Part shown: positions 13,601-25,389 of the stretch, in pieces
Position numbering within the stretch: position 1 is the first letter of the stretch
Layout: each line of letters starts with the position of its first letter
From: Amphiscolops sp. MND2022
Taxonomy: Eukaryota
Direction: 5' to 3'
Length of the DNA stretch: 64,000 nt
Assembly (NCBI GenBank): GCA_964187785.1
Contig: OZ076413.1
Location: forward strand, 68,262,001 to 68,326,000
The notes under the pieces: generated by a model
Told to the model about the DNA's origin: nothing
Seen by the model: only the letters and a program-made list of their open reading frames with translations
Database searches by the model: none
Made by a program: the position numbers and the translations under genes

Positions 13601-14950
13601 ACAATTATACTTTTTGGCTATCTTCTTTGATAAAAGAAAACGACACCACGGAAGCGTTTAATGTCATTTAACTTTTCTCTCGTTTACTTCTTTTTATGTC
13701 AAAAAAGTCAAAATTAAATTCGAATTACTTTCAACCAAATTTTTTTTTACCAACATTTTTCGGGAACATCGATCGGCTGGAAGAGGGATGTTTGCGGTTG
13801 CATGTCCAAGTTGGAGATGTTCTAGTCTTGCCCGCCAACTTCCTCCACTTTGTTCTAACGAAGGACGATGCCATTTCTTTGGGAACAAACTTTCTGGCAT
13901 TCGGACACTTGCCCATGATAAGGTAGTCAATCATCGTCGAGTTACCGAAAAGATCCGATGATAAGTTCCTTGATCTTCCGGAGATATTGGTCCTTCTGAT
14001 GTACCGTATCGCGGAAAAACTGTGGCTCCGACTGTGTCGACGCCTTGTGTCACTGTACAGCGCAGTGCAATCATTATACATCGAACAAGCTGCCCGCGAA
14101 GAAAGATTTTAAATTGTCAGTATTGGTTGTTAACCAAACTTAGTTTCTCTTATTTGAACAACATAGAAACATCTTTAATTTTGGTTCCAATCGAGGGTCG
14201 TTTTTCATTTTGAAAATTTCTGATTTTGAAAAAGTCGTTTGTTTAGTTTTGAACAAAACAGAAACTATCTGTTTCATTTTGGTTCCAGTCGAGGGTCCTT
14301 TTCTAATTCGAAAACTTTTGTTTAAGAAGAAGTTTTTTCCTATGGTCATTTTCTACATTTACGACTTATATATATCAAGTGAAACACTGCCCGCTGAGTA
14401 AAAGTTTGTGATTCTACGTCATTAGGTTTATGATACACAAACACTATATCAAGATTATTTGATAAAGTTTTCTGTTCACATTGAAAGTTCAGTTTTTTCC
14501 GAAGGTATGAAGAATTAATTTGATTTTTACGTTTTACAGGTGCTACCCGATTTCAGTGCTGAAAACCTTGGCATCGCTGTGGGCAAAAAAGAGCCTCAGT
14601 GGCACTGCGTGAGCCACCAAGCAGCAGCCGCACTTATATGAACAAGCATGCCAGAAAGAGTGTTGACCCCAGTAAGGCTCTCACAGTACCTTGCTGACCT
14701 ATCGCTGCTGACCCCTACACTAAAACCTATGAGGAAAGGATGGCGACAACGGATCTACTAGAACTCGAGTCAAAACCGGCAATTATGTTTACCCATGTCA
14801 AAGGCAAGCATAGAAGAACAGTTTTGCCGACACAAACGGTAGATCCGTATTAGCACCAGAAACGTAGCCCCTATGTCGCTGCCACTACGGGAAGACGTTC
14901 AATCCCCCTCGAACTAGACGTTTCAAATTTGGATTAGTTTCCTTTTGATT
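10650..14950 (+). pseudogene. C2HC zinc finger x3 + JmjC histone demethylase-like gene, copy 2
   Basis: Keeps WHQD (His 13410-13412, Asp 13416-13418), the GEK lysine and LPANFLHFVLTKDDAISLGTNFL (distal His 13846-13848; cf. [23 protein letters not shown]). Damaged by loss of the acceptor AG near 13735 and a TAG at ~13923. Confidence 0.8.
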
Positions 14951-15729
14951 TGTATTAGAAAAACACAAATTACCTTACAAGCTGAAGCTGTTTTATCCAG
15001 TAACAAGCTGAAGTGAGAATGCAAAAAAGAAAGAAAAATTATACACGTTTAAAACATGCTTTGAAACAATTGGGAGATCTAATGCAAAAGTTGCACAGAA
15101 ACTGAAACTTCGTTGTTCTGCTAAAATGTGACACAAATCAGGAGTACACCCCAAGTGAATTTCCGCATATTATTAAAATTCGTGTTTGGTTCACACTCCA
15201 TGTGTTTAAAGATATGCCCTCGTTTTCCGCATTGCTTTGAGCAATTCGATTCCTACTGATAAGCGTGGAAACCAGGACACTTATGGTCATCACGCGCTAT
15301 CCTGTGTATACCACTTTGAGTGGAAGTACGCAATGTATTAGGATTTGTGTTTGGTTTCAACGCCATGTGTTTAAACATATTGCCTTGTTTTCCGCATTGC
15401 TTTCTTCGAGGGAGTCAATTTATACTGAAAAGCGTGCAAACAAGGACAGTTCAGATTGTCAATTTCGTTTTGTTGAAAATCGAGGGTCGATCTTTCAGTG
15501 ACACGACTGATACATGCATTTGAAAGCAAGTAGAAACCATCCTACGACTCTTTTATTCATAAACTACAAACTTTTCATAAAAAGCAAAAACTTAAAAAAA
15601 AACAAACCTAAAAATGGCGGACCTTTCCAAAATAAATTGGTTCCAGGACAGTCGAAAGTTCGCTGAAACGGTGCCTCTTTTTACTATGGAGCATCACAGG
15701 TAACCTAATGCTATGATTTAGGAATTTAT

Positions 15730-18700
15730 TGAAAAGATTCAACAAGTTCGGATAACACTTGAACTAGAAGAGAGCCTTGATACAAAAACATTTTTGTTTA
15801 AAAGTGCCATCACGGTCTTTTTCGAGAGCGGCAATTGCAGAAACACCTTCACCCAGTGTTTTTCTACTGCATTGGTCCTAGAACAAAGGTCTTTCGTCGT
15901 TGAAACGATTCTCAACCAGTTCAGATCCGGGCTGTATTATGTATGGTTCCGGGTCAATCAACTTTTTTTTCTCGTCAACTTCAGAAACAAAACCGATCTT
16001 CAAAAATTTGAAACCCCCAGCTGCGAGTCGTTTTGCTATTTTTGAGTAATGAGACGGTTCAATTGCACCTTCCCGTGTTGCTGATGACCCTCTATTTCTT
16101 GGTGTCCTTAAAACGTTTATTTCCTCCGTGGAACCGGTACCTATGATCAAATCTTTTTCGTCCTTGACGAGAACAAAACAATTGGGAAGTTGCGAATGGG
16201 TGCTCATCAACACAATAGCTTGGTCATTTTCTAGGACAGTTCTTCCCATTTTGATGATAATTTGCTCCACCATCTCGTGGGTTAGAGTTTGTTTTTTCCA
16301 AGCACCCAAGCGTCCAAGCAAGCAAAACCGTAATCCACTTATAGGGTTTTCTTGACTTCCAATGGCGATCACCGTCAATGGTGGTTCTCTGCGGCAATAT
16401 TCAAGGTACTCAGGTCCCGAGACTTCCATGCCAATCACTTTTGTTGCACTGTGAAGTCTACTCATTACGCTGTTTGAGTAACTTGTCGAAACTGTGTGAT
16501 AGTTGATTTTGTTTGCAGTCACATTGTGGTCATCAGAGTTGACCTCTGTTGTTGTGTTATGTTCAGGCTCCATACAAGAAGTTGGTTCCGCGTCCATTTC
16601 GTTGTCTTCAACTTCAACTGCGAATCTTGAAATTTTCATGAAGGAAAAGGACGACTCGAAGAACAGTGGATTCTTGTGATATAATTTGCCTCCTCGGCGC
16701 ATTGTTTTTGTTTGGAAGTCACGATTAGCTTGGTGGTTGGATTTTCCAAGGCCTCCACACAAATGATTGAATGGTCTTCGTATAAATCCACTCTCAACTA
16801 ACTGAGGGAACATCATCATTTTGAGTTTGTACGGTTTCAAACCTGCATGTCCAAATATCAATACATTTGTTTGGTAATATGTTTAGCCCTTTTCTTGAAT
16901 GTGTCATAGTTGAACTCTTCAGATCTCAAACAAAAATTACATTGGTTCAAGCTGTGTCTTAAGAGTTCGCATGCATCATACGCAGATATGAACTTGTCAC
17001 TGGACCCAATTTGTTTAGGGTTGTCTTTGTTTAAATAGTTGGGGTACCAGTTTCTGAGGACTTTCACGCATTGGACATCTGCACTTTCTTCACTTCCGAG
17101 GACTATATCCGCTGCATCCCAAACAACTTCAAAATTGTCGCTGATACTTCCTTCTTTTGCGTCTGAAAGTTCTTCCTTATCTGCAACCACTGCTTGGGCA
17201 CTACTAGCTGAAAGGGACACTGCACCTACAGTGCCGATACACAACCCACTTCTATATAATATATTGAAGGTAAAATATGGTCTCTTTGCATCTCTTCTTG
17301 TCAAGTTTTCTTGTCAGGTCAAGCTGGCGAATGGCTGCATTATGGTTGGGATATTTTTCTCGGATAGTTTTTCGTGCAATTCTTTGGAGGTCATTTTCAA
17401 CACAACGGGTGGTCATATGAGTGGCATCGGGACGAACTGATTGTATATTTTCGTAAAATACCAAGGACGATTTTGGTAGACCTGTTCTGAAGGGTATGGT
17501 TACATCAGATTGTAGACCATGTTCATGATGAACTTTTGTTGGTGTGTAGTCAAGCTCCGTTGTATAGAGTGGAATTTTGGATGGACTCACGGATTCATTA
17601 GTGGTTCCAAGCACCAATCTCATTAGAAACGGTAAATCACCACTGTACGTCAAAAGAACTCCTTGTTTTGATAATTCAAGGGTCTTATCCAAAAACCATC
17701 CAGACTCCTGAACACCAGCTACAGCAGGTCCAAGGTTTTGTTCCATTGCGAATCTACTGCCTTGTCCCCTGTATGCAGCCAAACAGAATACTGCATTCGA
17801 TGACTGACATTTTAATTTGTCAGTAAGTATCCGGAATGCAATTCGTGTTATTTCGACACCCCCAATTTCTTAACTATCGCCCCAAATATCAATCCGTAAG
17901 CCATTGACTTCTTTCGTTCCAAATAGAAAGTATGACACCGTTTCCACGCCTTTTATGAGGTTGCATCGGAAACCGGAAAAGGTTCTTCCTGGCTCACACA
18001 ATGCTGTAAAGTACGACTCATCTTTGGATGTTGCTTTCTTCACCAATCGAATGCAGGGGACTAAACTGTACCCGAGTCCAACAATTGACAATTTTGTTCG
18101 AATAATCTTTTGAGCATCTTCCGTGTTACCTGTTTTCATGACCAGAGATAAATGGTGCCTGAAATCATCAGTAGGTCCTCTTCTTTCGAAAAACTCATGA
18201 GTAGGTCCTCTTCTTTCGAAATCATCTCCTACAATTTTTTAAACCAGATTTGCCTCCTATTTTTTGTGAATCCTTGATCTTTTCTTCTAATTGCAGAGCT
18301 TCTGATGTATTTCATGAAAGTGTTAAATCCGACATTTGATTTTTTTGACTCGATCGCTTTGTTCGTTTTTTACTTTTTTGGGGTCTGATATTTCTAGCTT
18401 TCTTTCTTCTCATGTCGGTGAGAGAGAAGTGTCACCGACACAACCTACAGGGGCCGCATCTTCAGGAGTTACATTCGCAGGTGTCGCAAGGGTTGTCTGC
18501 ATGTAAGGGTTGTCATAAGAAATGACATCATTATTGAAAAAATAATTGCAAACTTTTTCTTGCTGAATTCAAAGGGAAGTCCTTGAATCCCGTCGGAGCA
18601 AGTATTTTTGCCATTTTTGCTGCCACCAAGACAGGGGGTTTCTGGCCTTTAACTGCAATTCTTCGAAGGAAATCATTTGGATTCGAATCACTCCCATTGA

Positions 18701-19120
18701 ACATTTCCCCAACAAGTATCTCGAACCTTCTGAACTTATTCGGTATTTCTTTCCCGGAAATATCATCGAAAGATTGACAGTGAGGTAGCAATTGATATAT
18801 CTCTCCCAAATGGACAGTGGAGTCATTTCTGAAGCTGCTTTTCAAGTTTGATGCAAGTGAAATTGTATGGAATGTATAAAGTCTTTCAGTTCGACAATCA
18901 GTTGCAAATGAGTTGAAATGCAAAAAGTTGAAATGCAAAAAGTTGAAATGCAATGAACTGAATCGCAATTAGATACACGAAAAAAACAATTGAAAATGAG
19001 TCCAAGTTCGAATCTTTTCGCGAGACTCATAATTAACGGTTCAAGTCATTTGAGATAATATCACCCAAGGACAATTTGCCAAGAATCACTATCAGGTGCA
19101 AAAGAGTCCTTCATTGAGTC
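15730..19120 (-). pseudogene. RAG1/Transib-like (RNase H-fold DDE) transposase with C-terminal BRCT-like domain
   Basis: Joined frames read LRIDIWGDS*EIGGVEITRIAFRIL (first Asp), LTYSGDLPFLMRLVLG (cf. RAG1 GYDEKLVREVEGL), VRPDATHMTTR (cf. DALH) and GLKPY...NHLCGGLGKSNHQANRDF (cf. ITNY...SEGNESGNK, with Glu read as Gly). Then GLRFCLLGRL...HEMVEQIIIKMGRTV...TH..LV...K (BRCT-like). Stop at 17870-17872; frameshifts near 17290 and 16860. Confidence 0.7.
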
Positions 19121-19249
19121 CTCTCACTCGTAATTAGAAAATTTCATTTCTTTATATCGTTTGTTTTATCTTCCGAAAGTGTTCTACGAATTAAAATACT
19201 CAAAACTTATTGAAGAAAAAGAAAAACAAAAATGGATGGATTTTTATTT

Positions 19250-19790
19250 CAAAACTTTACCACTTTGAGTATATATGGGCATTGTATTAGAATTTGTGTT
19301 TGGTTTCCACTCCATGTGTTTAAAGATAAGTTCTTGTTTTCCGCATTGCTTTCTTCGAGGAATTCGATTCCTACTGAAAAACGCGGAAACCAGGACACTT
19401 ATGGTCACGCGCTATCCTATGTATACCCCTTTGAGTGAAAGTACGCAATGTATGAAGCTTTGTGTTTGGTTTCCACGCCATGTGTTTGAAGATATGGTCT
19501 TGATTTCCGCATTGCTTTCTTTGAGCATGTCAGTTTGTACTGAAAATCTGTGGATACCAGGACAATTCAGAGTATCGAGTTCGTTTTAGTACCAATCGAG
19601 GGTCGATCTGTCTGTGACACGACTACTAAAAGCGTTTAAAATGCAAATAGACACTATTCTACGACTCATCCAATCATAAACTACAAAATGTTCATTAAAT
19701 GCAAAAATTTTAACAAAAAAAGCAAACTTAAAAGTGGCGGGACATTTTCAGAATAAGTTGGTTCCAGGACAGTCGAAAGTTCGCTGAACA
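19250..19790 (+). repeat. ~165-bp repeat array plus tail module upstream of the transposase gene
   Basis: Unit starts at 19296 and 19462 (period 166); same tail as at 10000-10180. Confidence 0.9.
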
Positions 19791-20066
19791 CGATAAGTAA
19801 AAACTTTGTGGTAAGAGAGCTGATGTCCTTGTATTAATTTTGGTACCAATCAGGGGTAGTCTTCACGTCACAGGTTCATTGTTGATCTTATGCTTCTAGG
19901 ATATATCTATTCAATAGTCCAAGACTGTCCCCATTAAAAAAAAAACAAGAAGTTAGTGCTCATTTTTTGAAAATTGTGTTGATAAAATATGATGAAACAT
20001 GGAATGTTGAAGAAATAAAAAATATAAAACCAAAAAAAAATTCTAATTTCAAAACGTGAGAGTATT

Positions 20067-21310
20067 TCATGCATCTGAGACAGGTACATTCAGACTCAGA
20101 TCTCTATATGGGCTGTTTTTGTAGTGGCCTTGGCTGATCAAAAGCTGGACACGAATCGTGAACATGCCAAACTCTCGATGTTCAGTGAATCTCATTGTCT
20201 TTATAAGGACATCTTCTCCATCGCTTGTGTGACATGGGATCATATCCCACTTGCTTCCAAGTCCAGTATGCCATGTACCATTGCACCATTTGTGCCCCTC
20301 TTGGTTTGCAACACTATACCTAACAGCTTCGTTGGAATTTCCAGAATCGAAGACACAGAGGTTTTTCGTCAATGGGGTACAAGGAACTAATGTTGCAGCT
20401 GAGGAATGCTTCTTCCTTGAAAGTCCCAATATTCGTTTTATTGCCAAAAACAAAGCATACGCTTGATCCATGGGCTCCAACAGCGAATTGAAGTCCACTA
20501 CATCGCCTTTACAAGATGTGGTTGTGACAACACAAATTGTTGGGATGCGCACTTCAAGGTCATGGACATTCTTCTGCTTTGCGTGAAGGCACGTGCTTTC
20601 CTCTTCTGATGATCAAAGTAAACTTTGTTGATTTCAAATTCATCATTTGCGTAAGACGCAATAGATCCAACTTGATAACAAAGTGATAACTTAACAAATA
20701 TTACGTTGGGAAATTTCTTTGAAAATTTTGGTTCCAATCATGGGTTATCAAAATTCCAAAGCACTGTTGCAAAAAAACACAAAAAGTTTTACTTTCGTAA
20801 TATCTTTTCCACAGGACGCATATGGTAATTCAATGTCATTATCAACATTTGGAAGTAAGGACTTGTGGCATCGGTTGCGTGGCGACTGTCACACGGGCTT
20901 GCTTTCTGCCGGGTGGGCGACTTTGAATCTTGATCTGGTTCAGTTTCATCAGTTTCTGGTTCAGTGTCTCTCACAGAAGGTTTATTTTTGAGTTGGCGAT
21001 AAGGTAGATACTCCTCATTGTCCTCCACGTCGATGATCAAACATTGTTGACAGAAAGGGTCATTAATTTTTACCCAATTCATCACAACTGACCCACAGCA
21101 ACGGTCCTCTTGACATCTTTCGCTGTCTGCACAATTACACTCTTGTTGTCAAAAGAAGATGTGATCGTTTTTGACCACTCGACGAGCGTTATAACTGAGT
21201 GGTGTTGATCGTCTTTTGTTGCTGAGAGTGCCTTCGCGGACAAACTTGTGGGATTTTCTAATATTCCAATGGTTTCTGTCAGGTCTGTATATACTTCGGG
21301 AACGGTGATA
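20067..21310 (-). pseudogene. Degenerate PHD-like Cys-rich finger followed by an unassigned C-terminal domain
   Basis: Minus-strand frames give ECNCADSERCQED, LWVSCDE (frameshifted) and DPFCQQC. Apparent GT-AG intron at ~20674-20791. The downstream 161-aa ORF (20067-20552) was not recognised. Confidence 0.4.
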
Positions 21311-22138
21311 ATTCTATTTTATTGTAAGACCAATCACCCCATTTAATTCTAACACACCAATCATCGACGAACAAAATTGTTTTTGCTGATTCCCAAAATG
21401 ATGTCGCAGGATCCATGATTTGGACAGCTTCGTTTTCATAGAAACTTTGAAGAAGCATTTTTGAACATTTCTAGTTTGAACTCAAGAGATTGTGATGACT
21501 GTTTTTGTGATGACTGTTGAAGAAGACGAAGCAACCCAAACTAATTACTGCTAATCGTCATCTAAATACCAGGAAGGTCCTTTAATAAGAACATTTGCAA
21601 ATTTGAGAGACTAGCCTCATTCCGAATTAACGCATTTTTCATGCCTCAATCAAGATTGAGGTTCACAGATTCAGAGCCGGATATGCCATTACTAAATACC
21701 TGTTAACAGCTATTAACGTATTTCGTTTCGATGAAATTTCGAAATCTATAATCATTGTCTTGAAATCGTATCTGAAAATCACGTCGTCAAAACTGAAATA
21801 CAAACTTCAAATTTAGAATGGAACAGAATAAAAACTCGCCTCCCCAATTCCAACTCCGCCTTCCGTGGAAATGTCAACGCCTCTCACGCTAACACAAATG
21901 CAAACGCCTTTTGATTTGTTCACGCCGCTGATTTCGCCCTTGATGTTCAGCCAAACACCCGGCGGGTCACTCAACAGCACTCCGTTCCGCCTCCCAGAGC
22001 CGCCTGAATCCAGCTTCAATTATGATAGGATAATCACTGAGCATCTGCCGTTTGAAGCTGAAGAGGTCATAAACGAATTTTTAAGCCTTCTGAGAAAATC
22101 ATTAGATGAGGCCTCAATAACTGCAAGACCCTCGAATG

Positions 22139-22580
22139 AACATGACGTCTCGAATAGGGCAACGGTCAAACGTCCAATGCTCCCACCAGTTGATATGGTA
22201 ATTTTACGAAAACTTGATTAAGTATTGTTTAAATTTTCGCTCCAATTGAGGGTCATGTTTCGCGGAAACCAGTTTACTTTTTAATTCCTAGATGATACGT
22301 TGTCAGTTTTAAATACTTTTTAAATTTTTCTAAATTACTTGTTCAAATACTTCTTCAAATGGACATGACATCTCGAATAATGTAGCGTTCAAATGTCCAA
22401 TGCTCCCACAAGTTGATACGGTAATTTTAGGAAAACTTGATCAAGTATTGTTCAATTTTTCGTTCCAATCGAGTGTCAAGTTTCGCGGAAACTATTTTAC
22501 TTTTTAATTCCTATATGACACAATATCAGTATTAAACACTTTTTGAAATTTTCTGAGTTACTTTTCCAATTTCTCTTCAT
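22139..22580 (+). repeat. ~222-bp tandem duplication spanning the end of exon 1 and the start of intron 1 of the YR-SET gene
   Basis: ACATGAC(G/A)TCTCGAATA...TCCAATGCTCCCAC...GGTAATTTTA.GAAAACTTGAT.AAGTATTG occurs at ~22140 and ~22362. Confidence 0.85.
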
Positions 22581-23139
22581 TTTTGTAGATTGTTCTTGCC
22601 AAGAAGAAGAAGAAGTCTGACTACAAAACGGATACAGTTAGGTCCTTCATTGAATGGACAATAACAGAAAAAAAAGTCACGTTGTAGAAAGAACATTCTG
22701 TCTGTCAAAAAGTCCAAATAGACTTCTTTCGAAATCTACTGGCCTACGTTTTGATTTTCTTGGATTTTCTGGATCGGGAGGTCAGCAACGTGACTGTTCA
22801 GGCCGTGATGCAGGCTGTAGTTCAGATGAAAGAATCAGACAGCAAAAAGAACTCTTTCGTGCTTGAGATACATGTAGCAGAGAGGTGCGTCAGAAAAACT
22901 TGCTACAATATCCCACGATGGTTATTGGAAGGCGTTGTTGATTACTATGTGAGTGTTCGAAGCGAGTTTTCGACCCACGGCGAGGGATCTCCTTTCGAAA
23001 AACTTCTGAGTGAGACAGACGATCGAATCCTGCACACCGAATTGTTTTTTTGTGAACTTAGCTGGGTAATCCAATTTCCGACCTAGCCACGTTGTTGACC
23101 AGTATATGGAGTCGGTATGTATGATCAAATCATGACCAC

Positions 23140-23750
23140 ACCCCTTTGAATAAAAACAAGTCATGGATACGGCTATGTGGTTTGGTTTCCACGTCATGTG
23201 TATAAACATACAGTATTGTTTTCGGCATTGGTTTTTTTGAGCAAGTCAGTTTATACTTAAAAACTATAGAAACTAGGAAAGTTATAGTCACGCGCAATCC
23301 TGTGCCCCTTTGAGTGAAAGTACGCAATGTATAAAGTTTTGTGTTTGGTTTCCTTGCCATGTGTTTAAAGATATGTCCTTGTTTTTCACATTGCTTCCTT
23401 TGAGCAATTCGAATCTTTCTGGAAAGCGTTGAAACCAGGACACTTATGGTCACGCGCTATACTGTGTATACCGCTTTGAGTGAAAGTACGCAATGTATTA
23501 GGATTTGTGTTTGGTTTCCACGCCATGTGTTTAAAGATATGGCCTTGTTTTTCGCATTGCTTTCTTTGATCAAGTCAATTTATACTGAAAAGCGTGGAAA
23601 CCAGGACAGTCCAGATTGTAGATTTCGTTTTATTAACAATCGAGGGTTGATCTATTTCTGACATATTACATGCATTTAGAGTGCAAATAGACACTATCCT
23701 ACGACTCTTCCAAAAAATGCAAAAACTTCAACAAAAAAACCAAAACTGAA
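23140..23750 (+). repeat. ~165-bp repeat array (about 3 units) plus truncated tail in the YR-SET intron
   Basis: Unit starts at ~23177, 23341 and 23507. Confidence 0.9.
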
Positions 23751-25389
23751 ACTTAGTACTTCTTTAACAAGTACTCAAACACTGCGACAGTCCGCTGTGG
23801 GAATTGGAACGGCGAGTTCAAATTGTGCTGCCCGTGGCAAACAACACTGAATCAATACTCCCGAATTGAAGGTCCAAACAAGAGCAATCTAGGAGACTCT
23901 GGACATTGCCTGGGATTACCAGATCATGCAGTCGGCGATGAGAAGGCACCAGGATCGCCAGCGATATGCCCGCCAATCAGCTCGTGCCCATGCTTTTTTC
24001 AAGCACATGAATGGGGAAGCTGACCTTGTTTCGTTGGATATGCGACTCAAGAGTTATTTTCAGCGACAGAAATGGACCACACAAAAGACTGCAACCAAGA
24101 CCTGAGAAAAGTTTATTTACTTGTGTTGCCCATGTTTATCACTCCCGAAGTTGAAACGAACGTAGCAATTCAAAAGAATTATTATAAAGGATTTGCGAGC
24201 AACATGGAGTTTGAAGACCAAACTCTGCTCATGGAGAGAAGTCGATCTCAAAACTGGCCCAGAGTCACACAGGTTCTTTTCAGCAAGTTCGGACGGAAAA
24301 TTGTTGCAACCAGAGTGTTTCAGAAAAAAGAAGACGTCATTGATTACCACGGGCCGTTTTTCACGAAAAAGTCATTGGATGAAGTATCCGCCATTGAAGT
24401 TGTTAAACGGTAGTTATGTCTCGAAGTGAAAGGACCTGGCCGAGGAATAATCAATGCCTCTAAGGAAACGTGCCCGGTCCACCCTGATAGTAGATGTATG
24501 GGTCGTCTTGCCAATCACTCACTTGTGGAAGCCAATGTGAAGTCCACTGACGTCATTGTGTTTGCTGACAACAACCAACGTGATGTTGTCCTCCGAGCCA
24601 GCAGAACAATTCATCCCTTCGAACAATTAATGTTCGACTGCGAGGATCTGATAGCTCGCTCTGAGTTCAGTGAATCACAGTCAGGAAGCAGCTCTGGAAA
24701 CACCAGCGGTCGCTTCAGCGGTAGTCAAGAACCAAGAAAAGAAAACAGTGTCAATCTTGCAGATGAATCGGACGAAGAAAATTGACGATGAAAGCGAACT
24801 TTCATTCATAAACTTTTAGACTTTTGTGGCATTGGTCTTATTGTACGTGATTGTTTAAATTGCTGTTACTCAGTTTCAACTGGAACAATTTTGAGATTAA
24901 AATGCTGACGAAAGCTTGAACTTGTTTTTAAATCATTTCAAATCAGTTTTTGTAACACTTGCAACGCTATGCAAATTATAATTTTGGTTTGAAGAAGTCA
25001 ATTACGTTGTAATCATAATCACATTTGAGTGCAACAAGTGTTTCAAAAGACTTCACACCAAAAGTTACATCACAAGCACGTTGATAATCAGAATTAAAAG
25101 AAAACGTACTGCAAAAAGTTACAAAATGTCACAAGTTCAATTGTAAGTCTAAAAACTAGGTTTTAGCACGTATTGCTTTCCATTTTTGCTTGGATCTTTT
25201 GATCAAATGAAATAAAAATGAAAGATTAAAACGCAACTGTTTTTGAGAAAACAATTAAAATTTTGGTGCCAGTCGTGGGCCGAGTTGTGATGCTTCATTT
25301 CATAAATAACAAAATCAATCGAAATATGTGCGTTTTTGAGTTTGATTTAATATAGCGACAGACAGGATGAACTGATAGACAGAAAAAAC

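Larger units (their letters stand above)
4968..15859. repeat. 5.4-kb tandem segmental duplication (4968-10368 / 10371-15859)
   Basis: Continuous homology at an offset of ~5.4 kb. Junction ...CACCCAGTGT-GA-GTTACCATGA at 10369-10370. Copy 2 continues into unique sequence at 15860. Confidence 0.95.
21871..24785 (+). pseudogene. Tyrosine-recombinase-like domain fused to a SET8/PR-Set7-like SET methyltransferase domain
   Basis: Phase-0 intron 22198-22588; second donor at 23115. YR-like stretch FRNLLAYVLIFLDFLDREVSNVTV...LEIHV...RKT...YYVSVR...LFFVNLAGNPI..L...WS (needs two 1-nt corrections). SET: SKFGRKIVATRVFQKKEDVIDYHG, INASKET...MGRLANHS and LRASRTIHPFEQLMFDC (cf. SETD8 GRGVIATKQF..GDFVVEYHG, DATRET..LGRLINHS, ELLYDY). 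One in-frame TAG at 24411-24413. SET call is firm, YR call moderate. Confidence 0.7.

Noticed and set aside
7480-23750. ~165-bp periodic repeats considered as a CRISPR array
   Set aside because: Whole units are homologous with no unique spacers, no cas genes are present, and the context is eukaryotic introns.
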